A stretch of 64,000 bases of DNA from Rhizobacter sp. (GTDB lineage: Bacteria > Pseudomonadota > Gammaproteobacteria > Burkholderiales > Burkholderiaceae_C). Position 1 is the stretch's first letter, and every line of letters begins with the position of its first letter. The notes under the pieces were generated by a model that was given only the letters and a program-made list of their open reading frames with translations, did not search any database and had not been told where the DNA came from. Where the stretch lies: contig JANMTL010000297.1 of NCBI GenBank assembly GCA_031390425.1, positions 1,055 through 65,054 on the forward strand. The letters are read 5' to 3'. This document shows, in pieces, positions 35,507 through 44,519 of this stretch. The position numbers and the translations under genes were made by a program.

Positions 35507-36400
35507 ATGCCCGGCGCCGTCGAACGCCTGCGAGCCGAAGCGCGCGATCTCGTCGAGCTGGTGCTGGTGCCCGGGCTGGCAGCGGTGCTGCCGTGGCGCT
35601 GGTGCTTTCGCGTTTTTCGCTGGCTCTGCTTTCACACCCGATTTCTCTACCGCGGGCCGTGCGAACGCGCGCTGACCCAAGCCCAAGCTCGCGGCTGGGT
35701 CGACGATCCGCACACCTGGCTCGCCCATCGCCGATTGGTCACGCTGATCGACCATGCGGATTACTTTCTCGAACGCACCCGCAGCGATGCCTGGATGCGC
35801 AAGCACCTGCACGTCGATGGCGCCTGGCCGGCACCCAATCAGCCCGCCGTGCTGTGCACCTTTCACTGGGGCGCCGGCATGTGGGCACTTCGGCACGCCC
35901 CATCAGCCGGGCTGCGCGCGCACATGATGGTGGCACCGCCGCGTGGTGCGCATTTCGACGGGCGCACGGTTTCGCGGTTGTATGCGGTGGAGCGCACCGC
36001 CAGTATCGCGCGAGCACTCGGCCGCCCGACGCTCGATGTGTCGGCTTCGTTGCGGCCGGCGCTGCGTGCGCTGAGCCAGCGTGAGCAGGTTATCGCTGTG
36101 GTCGACGTGCCGGCCGATCAGGTGGCCGTCAGCCAGGCCATCGAATTGCTGGGCATGAAGGCTCGCGTACCGCGCGCCCTGTTTCGACTGGCAGTGGAAC
36201 AGGCGATTCCCGTGAGCGTCTTCCTGACCGGCATCTGCCTTGCCAGCGGCAAGCGCGTCCTGCGGCTCAGAGAGCTCGGCGTCTACACCGAAGTCGATGC
36301 GCTGATTCGTGACGTGTTCGCCGAACTGGAGCAGGCGATCATCGAGAGCCCGCCTGCCTGGCATTTCTGGAGCGAGTCGGAGCGGTTCTTTCGGGCTTGA
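35507..36400 (+). CDS. lysophospholipid/lipid A (LpxL/HtrB-family-like) acyltransferase
   Basis: 297 aa. N-terminal hydrophobic anchor, and a CTFHWGAGMWAL segment resembling the H-x4-E region of LpxL-family enzymes, though the acidic residue is not obvious. Confidence 0.45.
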   Translation: MPGAVERLRAEARDLVELVLVPGLAAVLPWRWCFRVFRWLCFHTRFLYRGPCERALTQAQARGWVDDPHTWLAHRRLVTLIDHADYFLERTRSDAWMRKHLHVDGAWPAPNQPAVLCTFHWGAGMWALRHAPSAGLRAHMMVAPPRGAHFDGRTVSRLYAVERTASIARALGRPTLDVSASLRPALRALSQREQVIAVVDVPADQVAVSQAIELLGMKARVPRALFRLAVEQAIPVSVFLTGICLASGKRVLRLRELGVYTEVDALIRDVFAELEQAIIESPPAWHFWSESERFFRA

Positions 36401-36403
36401 GGC

Positions 36404-38644
36404 TCACCTGGCAAGTGCGCCCTCCGCACCGATCGGCACCACGTCGAAGGCGGCCGGCGCCAGACCTTGAAGGTGACGTTTCCACATCGACAAGTAAGCG
36501 CTTTCGAGGTGCCGCCTGAACCGCGCGGTGTCGAACAGCGGATGCGTGTGACATTGCGAACCGAGGCGGCGTCGCAGATCGTGCAAACGCGCCGGATCGG
36601 TCGCCAGTTCGAGTGCTGCGGCCTCGTAGCCTGCGAGGCTGTCGGTGATCAGTTCGGGCAGCCCGGCGGCCCGCAGCAGGCTGGCCGCCACGCGCCCGGC
36701 GAAGGTCGATCCCGCACAGGTCAGCAGCGGCAATCCCGCCCACAGTGCGTCGCTGGCAGTGGTGTGCGCGTTGCACGGCAGGGTATCGAGAAACAGGTCG
36801 GCCTGACGATGCCGGGCCAGATGCTCGGGCAGCGCCACGCGCAGGGCGAAGACCAGCCGCTCCGGCGCCACACCACGTGCCCGGGCTTCTCGACGCAGAT
36901 TGCGTGACGCCGCCGAGTTGTCTTCCAGCAACCACAACACGCTGCCGTCCACCGCCTGCAGCAGACGCATCCAGATGTCGAATATCTCGGGCGCGATCTT
37001 GTAATTGTTATTGAAGCAGCAGAAGACGAACCCCACGTCGGGCAGCCCGCAATCAGCGCGGCTGGGCGTGTGCTCGGCCACCACGCGACTGCGCGCGTTG
37101 ACCTGGTACGAGTCGGGCAGGCGCACCACCTTTTCACTGTAGGCGCCATCGTGGCCTTCTGGAATCACGGTGGCATCGGCGATCAGGTAATCGATGGCTT
37201 CGTGGCCCAGGGTGCCGGGGAAGCCGAGGTAGCTGACCTGCAGCGGCGCCGCGCGATGGGCAAAGATGCCGGGACGGCTGTCGCGCGTGAAGCCCTTCAG
37301 GTCGACGGCGATGTCGATTTCGAGCTCGCGCATCGCCAGTGCCACCTGGCGGTCGTTCAGCGTACGAGCATCGATGAGGTGTTCGAACGATCGCTTCAAG
37401 CGCTCGCGCATCTCGCTGGGCCGATCGGGGCCAAGCGAGATGGCCCAGATCTCGAACTGCTCACGGTCGTGCGATTCGAACAGGTCGATCATCAGGTGGG
37501 CCGTTGCGTGGTCGTGGAAATCGGCCGAAACGTAGGCGAGCCGGATGCGATCGTGACCAGGACGAGGCAGCGCAAACTCACCCGGCAGCACGTCGAGAGG
37601 ATGCTGGTCGGCCGCGAAGACCCGTGCGCAGGCCCACTGTCTCGCCGCGTCGCCGCACAGCGCCACGGCCGAAAACGGCGCCGCTGCCTTGCCTCCCCGA
37701 TCGATGGCGCTCTCGAGCTGCTGGATCGATAGCGCATGCTCTACCCAGTCACAAATATTCAAACGGCTGAACAACAGATTGCCGAGCGCATAGGGATGGT
37801 CCGGCTTCAGGTCGAGCACACGCGCGCACGCTTGCGCTGCCTGGTCATGCCGGCCGAGCCGCCCGAACACGGCGGCCCGGTTGGCCATGACGGCGACGGC
37901 GTGGGGCTCGAGGGCCAATGCCCGGTCGTAGCACGCGAGCGCTTCATCGGGACGATGCAGGTCGTCGAGCACGCTGCCCAGGTCGCTGAGCGCCTCCGCA
38001 TCGTCGGGCGCCAACATCACCGCGCGCGCATGGCTGGACCTCGCTTCGTCGAGTCGTTGCAACGCTTCGAGCGCACGGCCGCGTGCTTTCAGCGCTTCGA
38101 CGTAATCCGGCTTCAGCACCAGGGCTCGATCGTGACTGGCCACAGCCTCGTCGATGCGCCCCAGTTCGCGCAGCACCAGCCCGCGGTTGTGGCAGGCCTG
38201 CGGGTTGGTCGACTTCAGCGCCAACGACTGGTCGTAGCAAGCGAGTGCGTCGGCATGACGCTGCAAATCGCGCAGCACGTTGCCTTTGTTGTTGAACGCG
38301 TCCGCATGGTCGGGTTGAAGCCGCAGCGCGCTGTCGTAGCGGACCAGCGCCTCGTCGAAACGCTTCAACTCGCGCAAGGCGATGCCGCAATTGTTGTACA
38401 GGGGCGCAAAGCTGTCGTTGACCGCGATGGCGCGTTCGAGCAGCGCCAGCCCGGGCTCCCAGGCCTTGCGTCGCAGATGACTCAGGCCGAGCAGGTGCAG
38501 GCCGTCGAAATGCTGCGGATCGCGCGTCAGCAGGTCGTTCAGCACTCGCTCGGCCTGCGCGCTGTTCCCCTGCTGCATCAATGTCAGCGCGCGCTGGAAC
38601 AAGCCCTGAATCGGCTCCGGCGCGTTGCGTCGCTGCTTTGCCAT
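36404..38644 (-). CDS. TPR-repeat protein fused to SPINDLY/OGT-type (GT41-like) glycosyltransferase
   Basis: 746 aa. N-terminal TPR array. C-terminal motifs RLAYVSADFHDHATAHLM, VSYLGFPGTLG, FCCFNNNYKIAPEIFDIW and CNAHTTASDALWAGLPLLTCAGSTFAGRVAASLL, typical of bacterial SPY/OGT-like enzymes. Confidence 0.8.
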   Translation of the reverse strand: MAKQRRNAPEPIQGLFQRALTLMQQGNSAQAERVLNDLLTRDPQHFDGLHLLGLSHLRRKAWEPGLALLERAIAVNDSFAPLYNNCGIALRELKRFDEALVRYDSALRLQPDHADAFNNKGNVLRDLQRHADALACYDQSLALKSTNPQACHNRGLVLRELGRIDEAVASHDRALVLKPDYVEALKARGRALEALQRLDEARSSHARAVMLAPDDAEALSDLGSVLDDLHRPDEALACYDRALALEPHAVAVMANRAAVFGRLGRHDQAAQACARVLDLKPDHPYALGNLLFSRLNICDWVEHALSIQQLESAIDRGGKAAAPFSAVALCGDAARQWACARVFAADQHPLDVLPGEFALPRPGHDRIRLAYVSADFHDHATAHLMIDLFESHDREQFEIWAISLGPDRPSEMRERLKRSFEHLIDARTLNDRQVALAMRELEIDIAVDLKGFTRDSRPGIFAHRAAPLQVSYLGFPGTLGHEAIDYLIADATVIPEGHDGAYSEKVVRLPDSYQVNARSRVVAEHTPSRADCGLPDVGFVFCCFNNNYKIAPEIFDIWMRLLQAVDGSVLWLLEDNSAASRNLRREARARGVAPERLVFALRVALPEHLARHRQADLFLDTLPCNAHTTASDALWAGLPLLTCAGSTFAGRVAASLLRAAGLPELITDSLAGYEAAALELATDPARLHDLRRRLGSQCHTHPLFDTARFRRHLESAYLSMWKRHLQGLAPAAFDVVPIGAEGALAR

Positions 38645-38671
38645 GCGTGTCAGCCCGACCGACGTCGACCG

Positions 38672-41600
38672 TCAGGCGTTAAGCCAGCTCTTAACCCGCG
38701 TCTGCCAGCGCAGCGGAATCGCCCGGGCGAGGCGGCTGAAAACCGGCGCGGATCGCAATCGCAGCACCGTCATGAACAAGGTCTGCTTGATGCCGTGGCG
38801 CAGCGCGTCGACCCCGTGCGAGCGATTCAACCGGTGCGCGGCGAGGAATTCGGGGCTCAGGGCCACCGCATGATCCGGTGTACGGACGCCGGCCAGATAG
38901 TCCCGTTCATACGACCACGAACGAATTCGCGAATCGTGCGTCACGGCCTGCAAACGATGCGTCGGCGCCGGCCCATCGGCGGTGACGAAATTACGCTCTC
39001 GCAGTTCGAGAAAGAACGCCAGCCCATCCGCTGCGGCGGCGTTCCAGGGCCGAATCCAGCTCCACGCGCGGCCGCTGAGGCGCTCTGCAAACGCGCCGAG
39101 GTCGGTCGCGACGACGGGCAGGCCACGCTCCAGGCAGGCGCTCAGGGTGTAGCTGTATGTCTCGGGCCACTGTGCGGGGAACCAGGCCAGATCAGGCTGG
39201 AGCTGATCGAGCAAGCGGGCAAGATCGGCTTCGTCGTATGGGCCGTGCACCGTGAGCCTGGCGCCCGGCGCGCTGCGCAGGCTGCGGTAGGCGAACCCGA
39301 GCAGGTGGAAGTCGATCGGCGCGGCCTGCTGTGCGGCCAGCGTGGCGACGTCTTCGAGCACGTCGGCGCCCTTGATCGGGCTGAGCGCGCCGATGACCAC
39401 GACCTTCAACGGCGCCGCTGCACCGAGCGCGCGGGGCGATGGCATCGGGTGCGGCAGGCGATCGAGCAGATCGTCGTGCGGCGCGTAGCGCACATCGGCC
39501 GTCGGCGCATAACGCAGCAGGCGCTGCGCCGCATCGCGGCTGGGCACCAGCACATGGCGGGCCCCGGCGATCAGGTTGCCGTGGCTGGCGCGCCACTGCT
39601 CTATCGACACACCACCCGGTGCGGGCGACCGGACCAGGCAGGTGCGGCACTGCTCGACGCCTTGTTCGCCGCAATAGGCGTTGTCGGTGCCGGTCAGGCT
39701 GATCTGCGGGCAGAACGCGTGGTAGTCGTGCGCGGTGAAGTCGTGGCGCACCCCCAGGTGCGCAGGCAGCGCGAGCACGTCGGCGCTGTGGCCGAGCAGG
39801 TGGTGGAAATGAATGTGGCCCACGCCGATCGCGCGCAGCGCTTCGAGCAGTGCCGGGAACTCCGACGGCAGCTGAAACGACAGTTGAAAGCCTTCGTTCG
39901 CGCCGTGCAGGCTGAGTGCGACCGACGGTCCGCGCGCCGGTTTGAGCACGAAGAAAACGGCATTGCTGCGCCAGCGGTCGGCCAGTTCGTGCACATGCCG
40001 CAGCGTGCCGCCTTCGCGGTCGTGAATCACCAGCAGCACCACCGGTTTGACGGCAGCCGCCACGCGCGCCAGGTCGATCGTGTGGCGGGCCTGCCGGGCA
40101 GGGTCGTGCGCAATGAAGCGGTGCACCTGCGGCTCGTAGTCGGGGTGCAGCCGACGCAGCGTTTCCATGGCGGCGATTTCACGCGGGCGCTTCAGCGCGC
40201 CGAAGCTGACGCCGCCCGCATGCAGCACGAAGGTGTCGAGTGCGTGCAGGTTGCGCCAGCCTGCCTGCTGGGCGCGCTGGCAAAAGTCGTTTTCTTCGCC
40301 GTAGCCCTTGCCGAATTGCTCGACATCGAACAGCCCCACCTGCGTCAGGCAGTCGCGCCGGATGTACATGCAAAAGCCGACGCCGGTGGGCACATCGACC
40401 ACTTGGCCGGACAGCGTGCGCGCGAACAGCGCGTCCAGCGACGCGGTGTCGTGGCCCTCGGGCAGGGTGTTGCCTTCGCAGGTGCGCGGGTAGCTGCAAA
40501 TGGTCGCGTTGTTCGAGAACGGTGTGACCGTGCCGACGCGGGTGTCCGAATACGCGGCGCGCTTGAGGCGATCGAGCCAGTCGTTGGCGACCTCGGTGTC
40601 GCTGTTGAGCAGCACCACGTCGTGCGCATCGCTGAGTGCCATGCCGCGGTTCACCGTGCCGACGAAGCCGAGGTTGCTGTCGTTCTCGACCAACAGGATG
40701 CGGCTGTCGCGGGCGGCCAGCTCGCGCAGCCAGGTCGTCACATCAGGTTCCGGGCTGGCGTCGTTGATGACGATCAGGCGGAACGCGGTTGCGTTGCTGG
40801 CGGCCAGCGCCGATTGCAGGCAGCGCTGCGTGTCACCCAGGCCGCGGTAGACCGGCACGATCACATCGACCGGCCACGCGGTGGGCGTGATGGCGGTCGG
40901 CGTCGGTGCGGCGGGCATCGCCGCACCGGCAGCGGGATGCAGCAGGCTGGGCCGACCGAGCAGCCGATCGATGCGGCCTTTCAGGCGCGACAGCGGCCGC
41001 GTCAGGCGGAACGATTTCGACTGCTCGATGCGCTGCACGTAGCCGTACAGGCCATCGAACTCGCCGCGCAAGGTCTGATGCGCCTGCTGCAGCTCCCGCT
41101 TTTCGTCGAGCAGCAGGTTCTTTTGGGCAAGCAGTTCAACACGCTGGTCGAGCAGCTTGAGTTCGCTGTCGGCCAACTGGGTGGCCAACGCCGACAGCCG
41201 CTGTTGCTGTGCCTGCCGCCGACATTCGCTGCCTTCTAGCGCAGCGGATAGCGCATCTCGCTGCAGGGCCAGGGCGTGTCCGCAGTCGCCGCTGGCGGCG
41301 AGTTCGTGCTCCAGTCGATCGCGCGCTTCGGACTGTTGAATCAGCGCCGGCTCGATGCGGGACAGCCGATCCTGCAGGGGTTGGACCACATCCTTCAGAG
41401 CCAGGTAGTCGGCCGACATCGGCCAGCCGAGTTCGACTTCGAGCGAGCCGCCGCGCCGTTGCTCCCACGCCGCCAGCGCGGCCGGCCCGATCGGCAATTC
41501 GATCCACGGGTCGTCGCCGTACAGCAGCGCCAGTGCGGGGGCGCCGTCGGGCCACGGCGCGCGCAGCAGCACCTGCTGAGTCGATGCGGTCGCGGCCCAA

Positions 41601-42676
41601 GAAAAATCGTCGACGCCGCAGCGCCATTGCCACACCGTGGCGCCGTCGGCGTCCTTCACCGTGAGGCGGTGCAGGTGCAGGAAGCCGGGGCGATCGGCCA
41701 CATCGAGCCGCAGCGCGCTCCACGGCGCCACGTCGTCGCCCCAGCGGAACTGCAGGGTCTGGCGCGGCTGGCCGATCACACCGGTGGCGGTGAGTTTGTC
41801 TTGCTGGAGGTAATCGCCCCGGTGCCCGATGAACAGTTCGGCGGAGAACAGCGCCTGGCTGACGGCCGGAGGCGTGGCGCCAGTGCCGGTTGAACTGGCG
41901 GTTGAACTGGCGGTTGAAGTGCCGACCGAAGTGCCGACGACACAGAGGGCCGCCGTCGGCAGGCTGTGTACGCTCACCGCCGCGTCCGGCGGTGCGACGA
42001 CCGCGACGAACTGATAGGTCAGCGCTTCGGGCACCGCCAGCAGATAACGACCGACTGCGGGCGGCAGCGTGTCGAACGGCACGCGGAATTCCGATTCGGT
42101 CAGCGGCCGGCTGAGCGACTGCACCGACTGCAGCGCCCAGCCGGCGGTGTCGATGAAGCGCGCCAGCGAGCGGCGCGTGAAAAAGCGCAGATGCGTGCGG
42201 TCGAGCAGGCCTTCGGGGCGGTACTCGAACTCACCTTGCAGCAGCTCGGCCACCAGCCCGCAGTAAGCGACGTTGGGCACCGAGATCAGCAGCCGACCGT
42301 TCGGCGACAGCAACGCGTGGCAAGCGCGCAGCACCTGGTCGGGCTGCTTCAGGTGTTCGAGCACGTCGGCGCAGACGATGGCGTCGTAGGGCCGGCCTGC
42401 GAACAGCGCGGCCAGCGGCGCCGAGTCCAGATCGGCCACCTCGATGCGGCGGTAGTGCGGTCGGGCCAGCGCGGCTTCGGCGTCGTTGTAGGTGACGCCG
42501 TCGACCACGCAAGCCCGCTGCGACTGCAGGTGCTGGCCGAGAGCGCCACTGCCGGTGCCCAGGTCGAGCACCACGCTGCCCGGCTCGATCAGGCCTGCGA
42601 TGACCGACAGCGAGGTGGGCTCGGTGCCCGAAATGGTGCGTCGGTATACGTGCAAAGGCCCGTCGTTGCTGATCAT
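38672..42676 (-). CDS. 1334-aa multidomain glycan assembly protein: SAM-methyltransferase, beta-rich domain, coiled coil, GT2, GT4-like
   Basis: Start at ATG 42676 (MISNDGPLHVYRR). Methyltransferase motifs VLDLGTGSGALG and DAIVCADVLEHL. A ~130-aa heptad-rich segment (LSALATQLADSELKLLDQRVELLAQKNLLLDEKRELQQAHQTL). GT2 motifs VDVIVPVYRG...IVINDASPEP...LLNSDTEV. C-terminal GT4-like segment (PAQWPETYSYTLSACLERGLPVVATDLGAFAERL). Confidence 0.8.
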   Translation of the reverse strand: MISNDGPLHVYRRTISGTEPTSLSVIAGLIEPGSVVLDLGTGSGALGQHLQSQRACVVDGVTYNDAEAALARPHYRRIEVADLDSAPLAALFAGRPYDAIVCADVLEHLKQPDQVLRACHALLSPNGRLLISVPNVAYCGLVAELLQGEFEYRPEGLLDRTHLRFFTRRSLARFIDTAGWALQSVQSLSRPLTESEFRVPFDTLPPAVGRYLLAVPEALTYQFVAVVAPPDAAVSVHSLPTAALCVVGTSVGTSTASSTASSTGTGATPPAVSQALFSAELFIGHRGDYLQQDKLTATGVIGQPRQTLQFRWGDDVAPWSALRLDVADRPGFLHLHRLTVKDADGATVWQWRCGVDDFSWAATASTQQVLLRAPWPDGAPALALLYGDDPWIELPIGPAALAAWEQRRGGSLEVELGWPMSADYLALKDVVQPLQDRLSRIEPALIQQSEARDRLEHELAASGDCGHALALQRDALSAALEGSECRRQAQQQRLSALATQLADSELKLLDQRVELLAQKNLLLDEKRELQQAHQTLRGEFDGLYGYVQRIEQSKSFRLTRPLSRLKGRIDRLLGRPSLLHPAAGAAMPAAPTPTAITPTAWPVDVIVPVYRGLGDTQRCLQSALAASNATAFRLIVINDASPEPDVTTWLRELAARDSRILLVENDSNLGFVGTVNRGMALSDAHDVVLLNSDTEVANDWLDRLKRAAYSDTRVGTVTPFSNNATICSYPRTCEGNTLPEGHDTASLDALFARTLSGQVVDVPTGVGFCMYIRRDCLTQVGLFDVEQFGKGYGEENDFCQRAQQAGWRNLHALDTFVLHAGGVSFGALKRPREIAAMETLRRLHPDYEPQVHRFIAHDPARQARHTIDLARVAAAVKPVVLLVIHDREGGTLRHVHELADRWRSNAVFFVLKPARGPSVALSLHGANEGFQLSFQLPSEFPALLEALRAIGVGHIHFHHLLGHSADVLALPAHLGVRHDFTAHDYHAFCPQISLTGTDNAYCGEQGVEQCRTCLVRSPAPGGVSIEQWRASHGNLIAGARHVLVPSRDAAQRLLRYAPTADVRYAPHDDLLDRLPHPMPSPRALGAAAPLKVVVIGALSPIKGADVLEDVATLAAQQAAPIDFHLLGFAYRSLRSAPGARLTVHGPYDEADLARLLDQLQPDLAWFPAQWPETYSYTLSACLERGLPVVATDLGAFAERLSGRAWSWIRPWNAAAADGLAFFLELRERNFVTADGPAPTHRLQAVTHDSRIRSWSYERDYLAGVRTPDHAVALSPEFLAAHRLNRSHGVDALRHGIKQTLFMTVLRLRSAPVFSRLARAIPLRWQTRVKSWLNA

Positions 42677-42713
42677 CCCGCCGATTATCGCTTTGCGATA
42701 CTGCGGGCCCCGT

Positions 42714-43679
42714 ATGCAGACTGCACCACCCGCACCAGCCCCGCACCCGCCGCGCCAGCCGCCCGACGTGGCGGTGCTGATGTGCACCTATCAGGGCAAG
42801 CGCCACCTCGCCGAACAGCTCGACTCGATCGGCCGCCAGACGCACCCTCGGTGGACGGTGTGGGTGTCCGACGACGGCTCGACCGATGGCACCCAGGCGA
42901 TCCTGGAGGGCTATCGATCGCAGTGGGGCGCCGATCGCCTGTCCATCCAGCGCGGTCCGGGCGCCGGTTTTGCGGCCAACTTCCGGTCGCTGACCTGCCG
43001 CGCAGACATCGATGCCGACTGCTTTGCCTGGGCCGACCAGGACGATATTTGGGAGTCGGCCAAGCTGGAGCGGGCGCTGGCCTGGTTGCAATCGGTGCCG
43101 GTGGACGTGCCCGCGCTTTACGGCACCCGCACGCTGCTGACCGACGAGGACAACCAGGCGATCGGGATGTCGCCGCTGTTCACTCGGCCACCCTGCTTCC
43201 CGAATGCGCTGGTGCAGAGCATTGCCGGCGGCAACACGATGGTGTTCAACCGCGCGGCTCGAGGGTTGTTGATGCAAGCGAATTCCCAGGACGACGCGGT
43301 GGCGCCCGACTGGCTGGCCTACCTGGTGGTCAGCGCGTGCGGCGGCCGCGTGCGCTACGACCCGTGGCCGAGCGTTCGGTACCGGCAACACGATGGCAAT
43401 CTGAGCGGCTCGAACCTGAGCCTGCCCGGTCGCTGGCGACGGGCCCGCTTGCTGGTCGACGGGCAGTTCAAGGGCTGGATCGACGCCAACCTCGCGTTGC
43501 TGGAGCGGGTCAAACCGCAGATGCCCGATGACAACCGGCGGATCCTGGACCGCTTCACCGAGGCGCGTCGGCGGCCTGCGGCTCGCCGTTTGATGGGGTT
43601 TCTACACACAGGCATTCATCGGCAAACGGCGCTCGGCAACATCGGGCTGGCGGTCGCCGCATGGCTGAACCGGCTCTGA
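42714..43679 (+). CDS. GT2 glycosyltransferase (rhamnosyltransferase-like)
   Basis: Start at ATG 42714. VAVLMCTYQG...VSDDGSTDGT...WADQDDIW motifs. Diverges from the giant gene across only 37 nt. Confidence 0.8.
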   Translation: MQTAPPAPAPHPPRQPPDVAVLMCTYQGKRHLAEQLDSIGRQTHPRWTVWVSDDGSTDGTQAILEGYRSQWGADRLSIQRGPGAGFAANFRSLTCRADIDADCFAWADQDDIWESAKLERALAWLQSVPVDVPALYGTRTLLTDEDNQAIGMSPLFTRPPCFPNALVQSIAGGNTMVFNRAARGLLMQANSQDDAVAPDWLAYLVVSACGGRVRYDPWPSVRYRQHDGNLSGSNLSLPGRWRRARLLVDGQFKGWIDANLALLERVKPQMPDDNRRILDRFTEARRRPAARRLMGFLHTGIHRQTALGNIGLAVAAWLNRL

Positions 43680-43814
43680 CGCCACCGGCTGAACCACGCC
43701 GGAGCGATAGCCAAAACAAATCCCTTTGATTTTTTCAATTCATAAACAACATCAGTCAGCGCACCTATCATTTGCGGGCCATTTCACGGCGACCCACCGC
43801 AACAGGAGACTCCC

Positions 43815-44378
43815 ATGTCATTGATCAACACCACCATCAAGCCATTCACCGCCACCGTTTACCAAAACGGCAAGTTCTTCGACATCACGCAAGACACACT
43901 CAAGGGCAAATGGTCGGCCTTCGTTTTCTACCCGGCCGACTTCACCTTCGTGTGCCCGACCGAACTGGAAGACCTGGCCGACAACTACGCGCACTTCCAG
44001 AAGCTGGGCGTCGAGATCTACGGCATTTCGACCGACACGCACTTCACCCACAAGGGCTGGGCCGACGCGTCACCGGCGATCAAGAAGGTCAAGTACCCGC
44101 TGGTCGGCGACCCGACCGGCACGCTGTCGCGCAATTTCGGCGTGATGATCGAAGAAGCCGGCCTCGCGCTGCGCGGCACCTTCGTGATCAACCCCGAAGG
44201 CCAGATCAAGGTGCTGGAAGTGCTGGATCTGGGCATCGGCCGTGACGCGCAAGAGTTGCTGCGCAAGATCAAGGCGGCCCAGTACGTGGCCTCGCACCCG
44301 GGTGAGGTCTGCCCTGCCAAGTGGAGCGAAGGCGCCAAGACGCTGACCCCGTCGCTCGACCTGGTCGGCAAGATCTGA
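43815..44378 (+). CDS. ahpC: alkyl hydroperoxide reductase subunit C (2-Cys peroxiredoxin)
   Basis: [11 protein letters not shown]..., peroxidatic Cys in FTFVCPTEL and resolving Cys in EVCPAKW. AGGAGA RBS. Confidence 0.95.
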   Translation: MSLINTTIKPFTATVYQNGKFFDITQDTLKGKWSAFVFYPADFTFVCPTELEDLADNYAHFQKLGVEIYGISTDTHFTHKGWADASPAIKKVKYPLVGDPTGTLSRNFGVMIEEAGLALRGTFVINPEGQIKVLEVLDLGIGRDAQELLRKIKAAQYVASHPGEVCPAKWSEGAKTLTPSLDLVGKI

Positions 44379-44404
44379 TCGGAAACCCCGGTCGCAGGTG
44401 ATCG

Positions 44405-44430
44405 CCCGGTGAACCTCATCGGGTGGTTTT
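44405..44430 (+). terminator. possible attenuating hairpin between ahpC and ahpF
   Basis: 8-bp stem cccggtga/tcatcggg (one G-U pair) with a 3-nt loop, then TGGTTTT. Confidence 0.3.
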
Positions 44431-44519
44431 CATCCGCCGCGCGCCCACAAAGCGGGCGGCGGACCTGAATGGCGTTTGATCGAGGCGCAGGCATTCGTCA
44501 CCGCACAAGGACACACACC

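Noticed and set aside
37736-41239. 1167-aa plus-strand ORF opposite the TPR-OGT and giant glycan genes
   Set aside because: It is a shadow ORF with junk-like composition. The opposite strand has clear TPR, GT2 and GT4 signatures.
43700-43775. OxyR-type operator and sigma-70 promoter upstream of ahpC
   Set aside because: An AT-rich stretch contains ATAG (43707) and CTAT (43765), plus a possible -35 TAAACA / -10 TATCAT. The ATAG/CTAT spacing does not fit the OxyR consensus, and the promoter match is weak. It is not reported as a feature.
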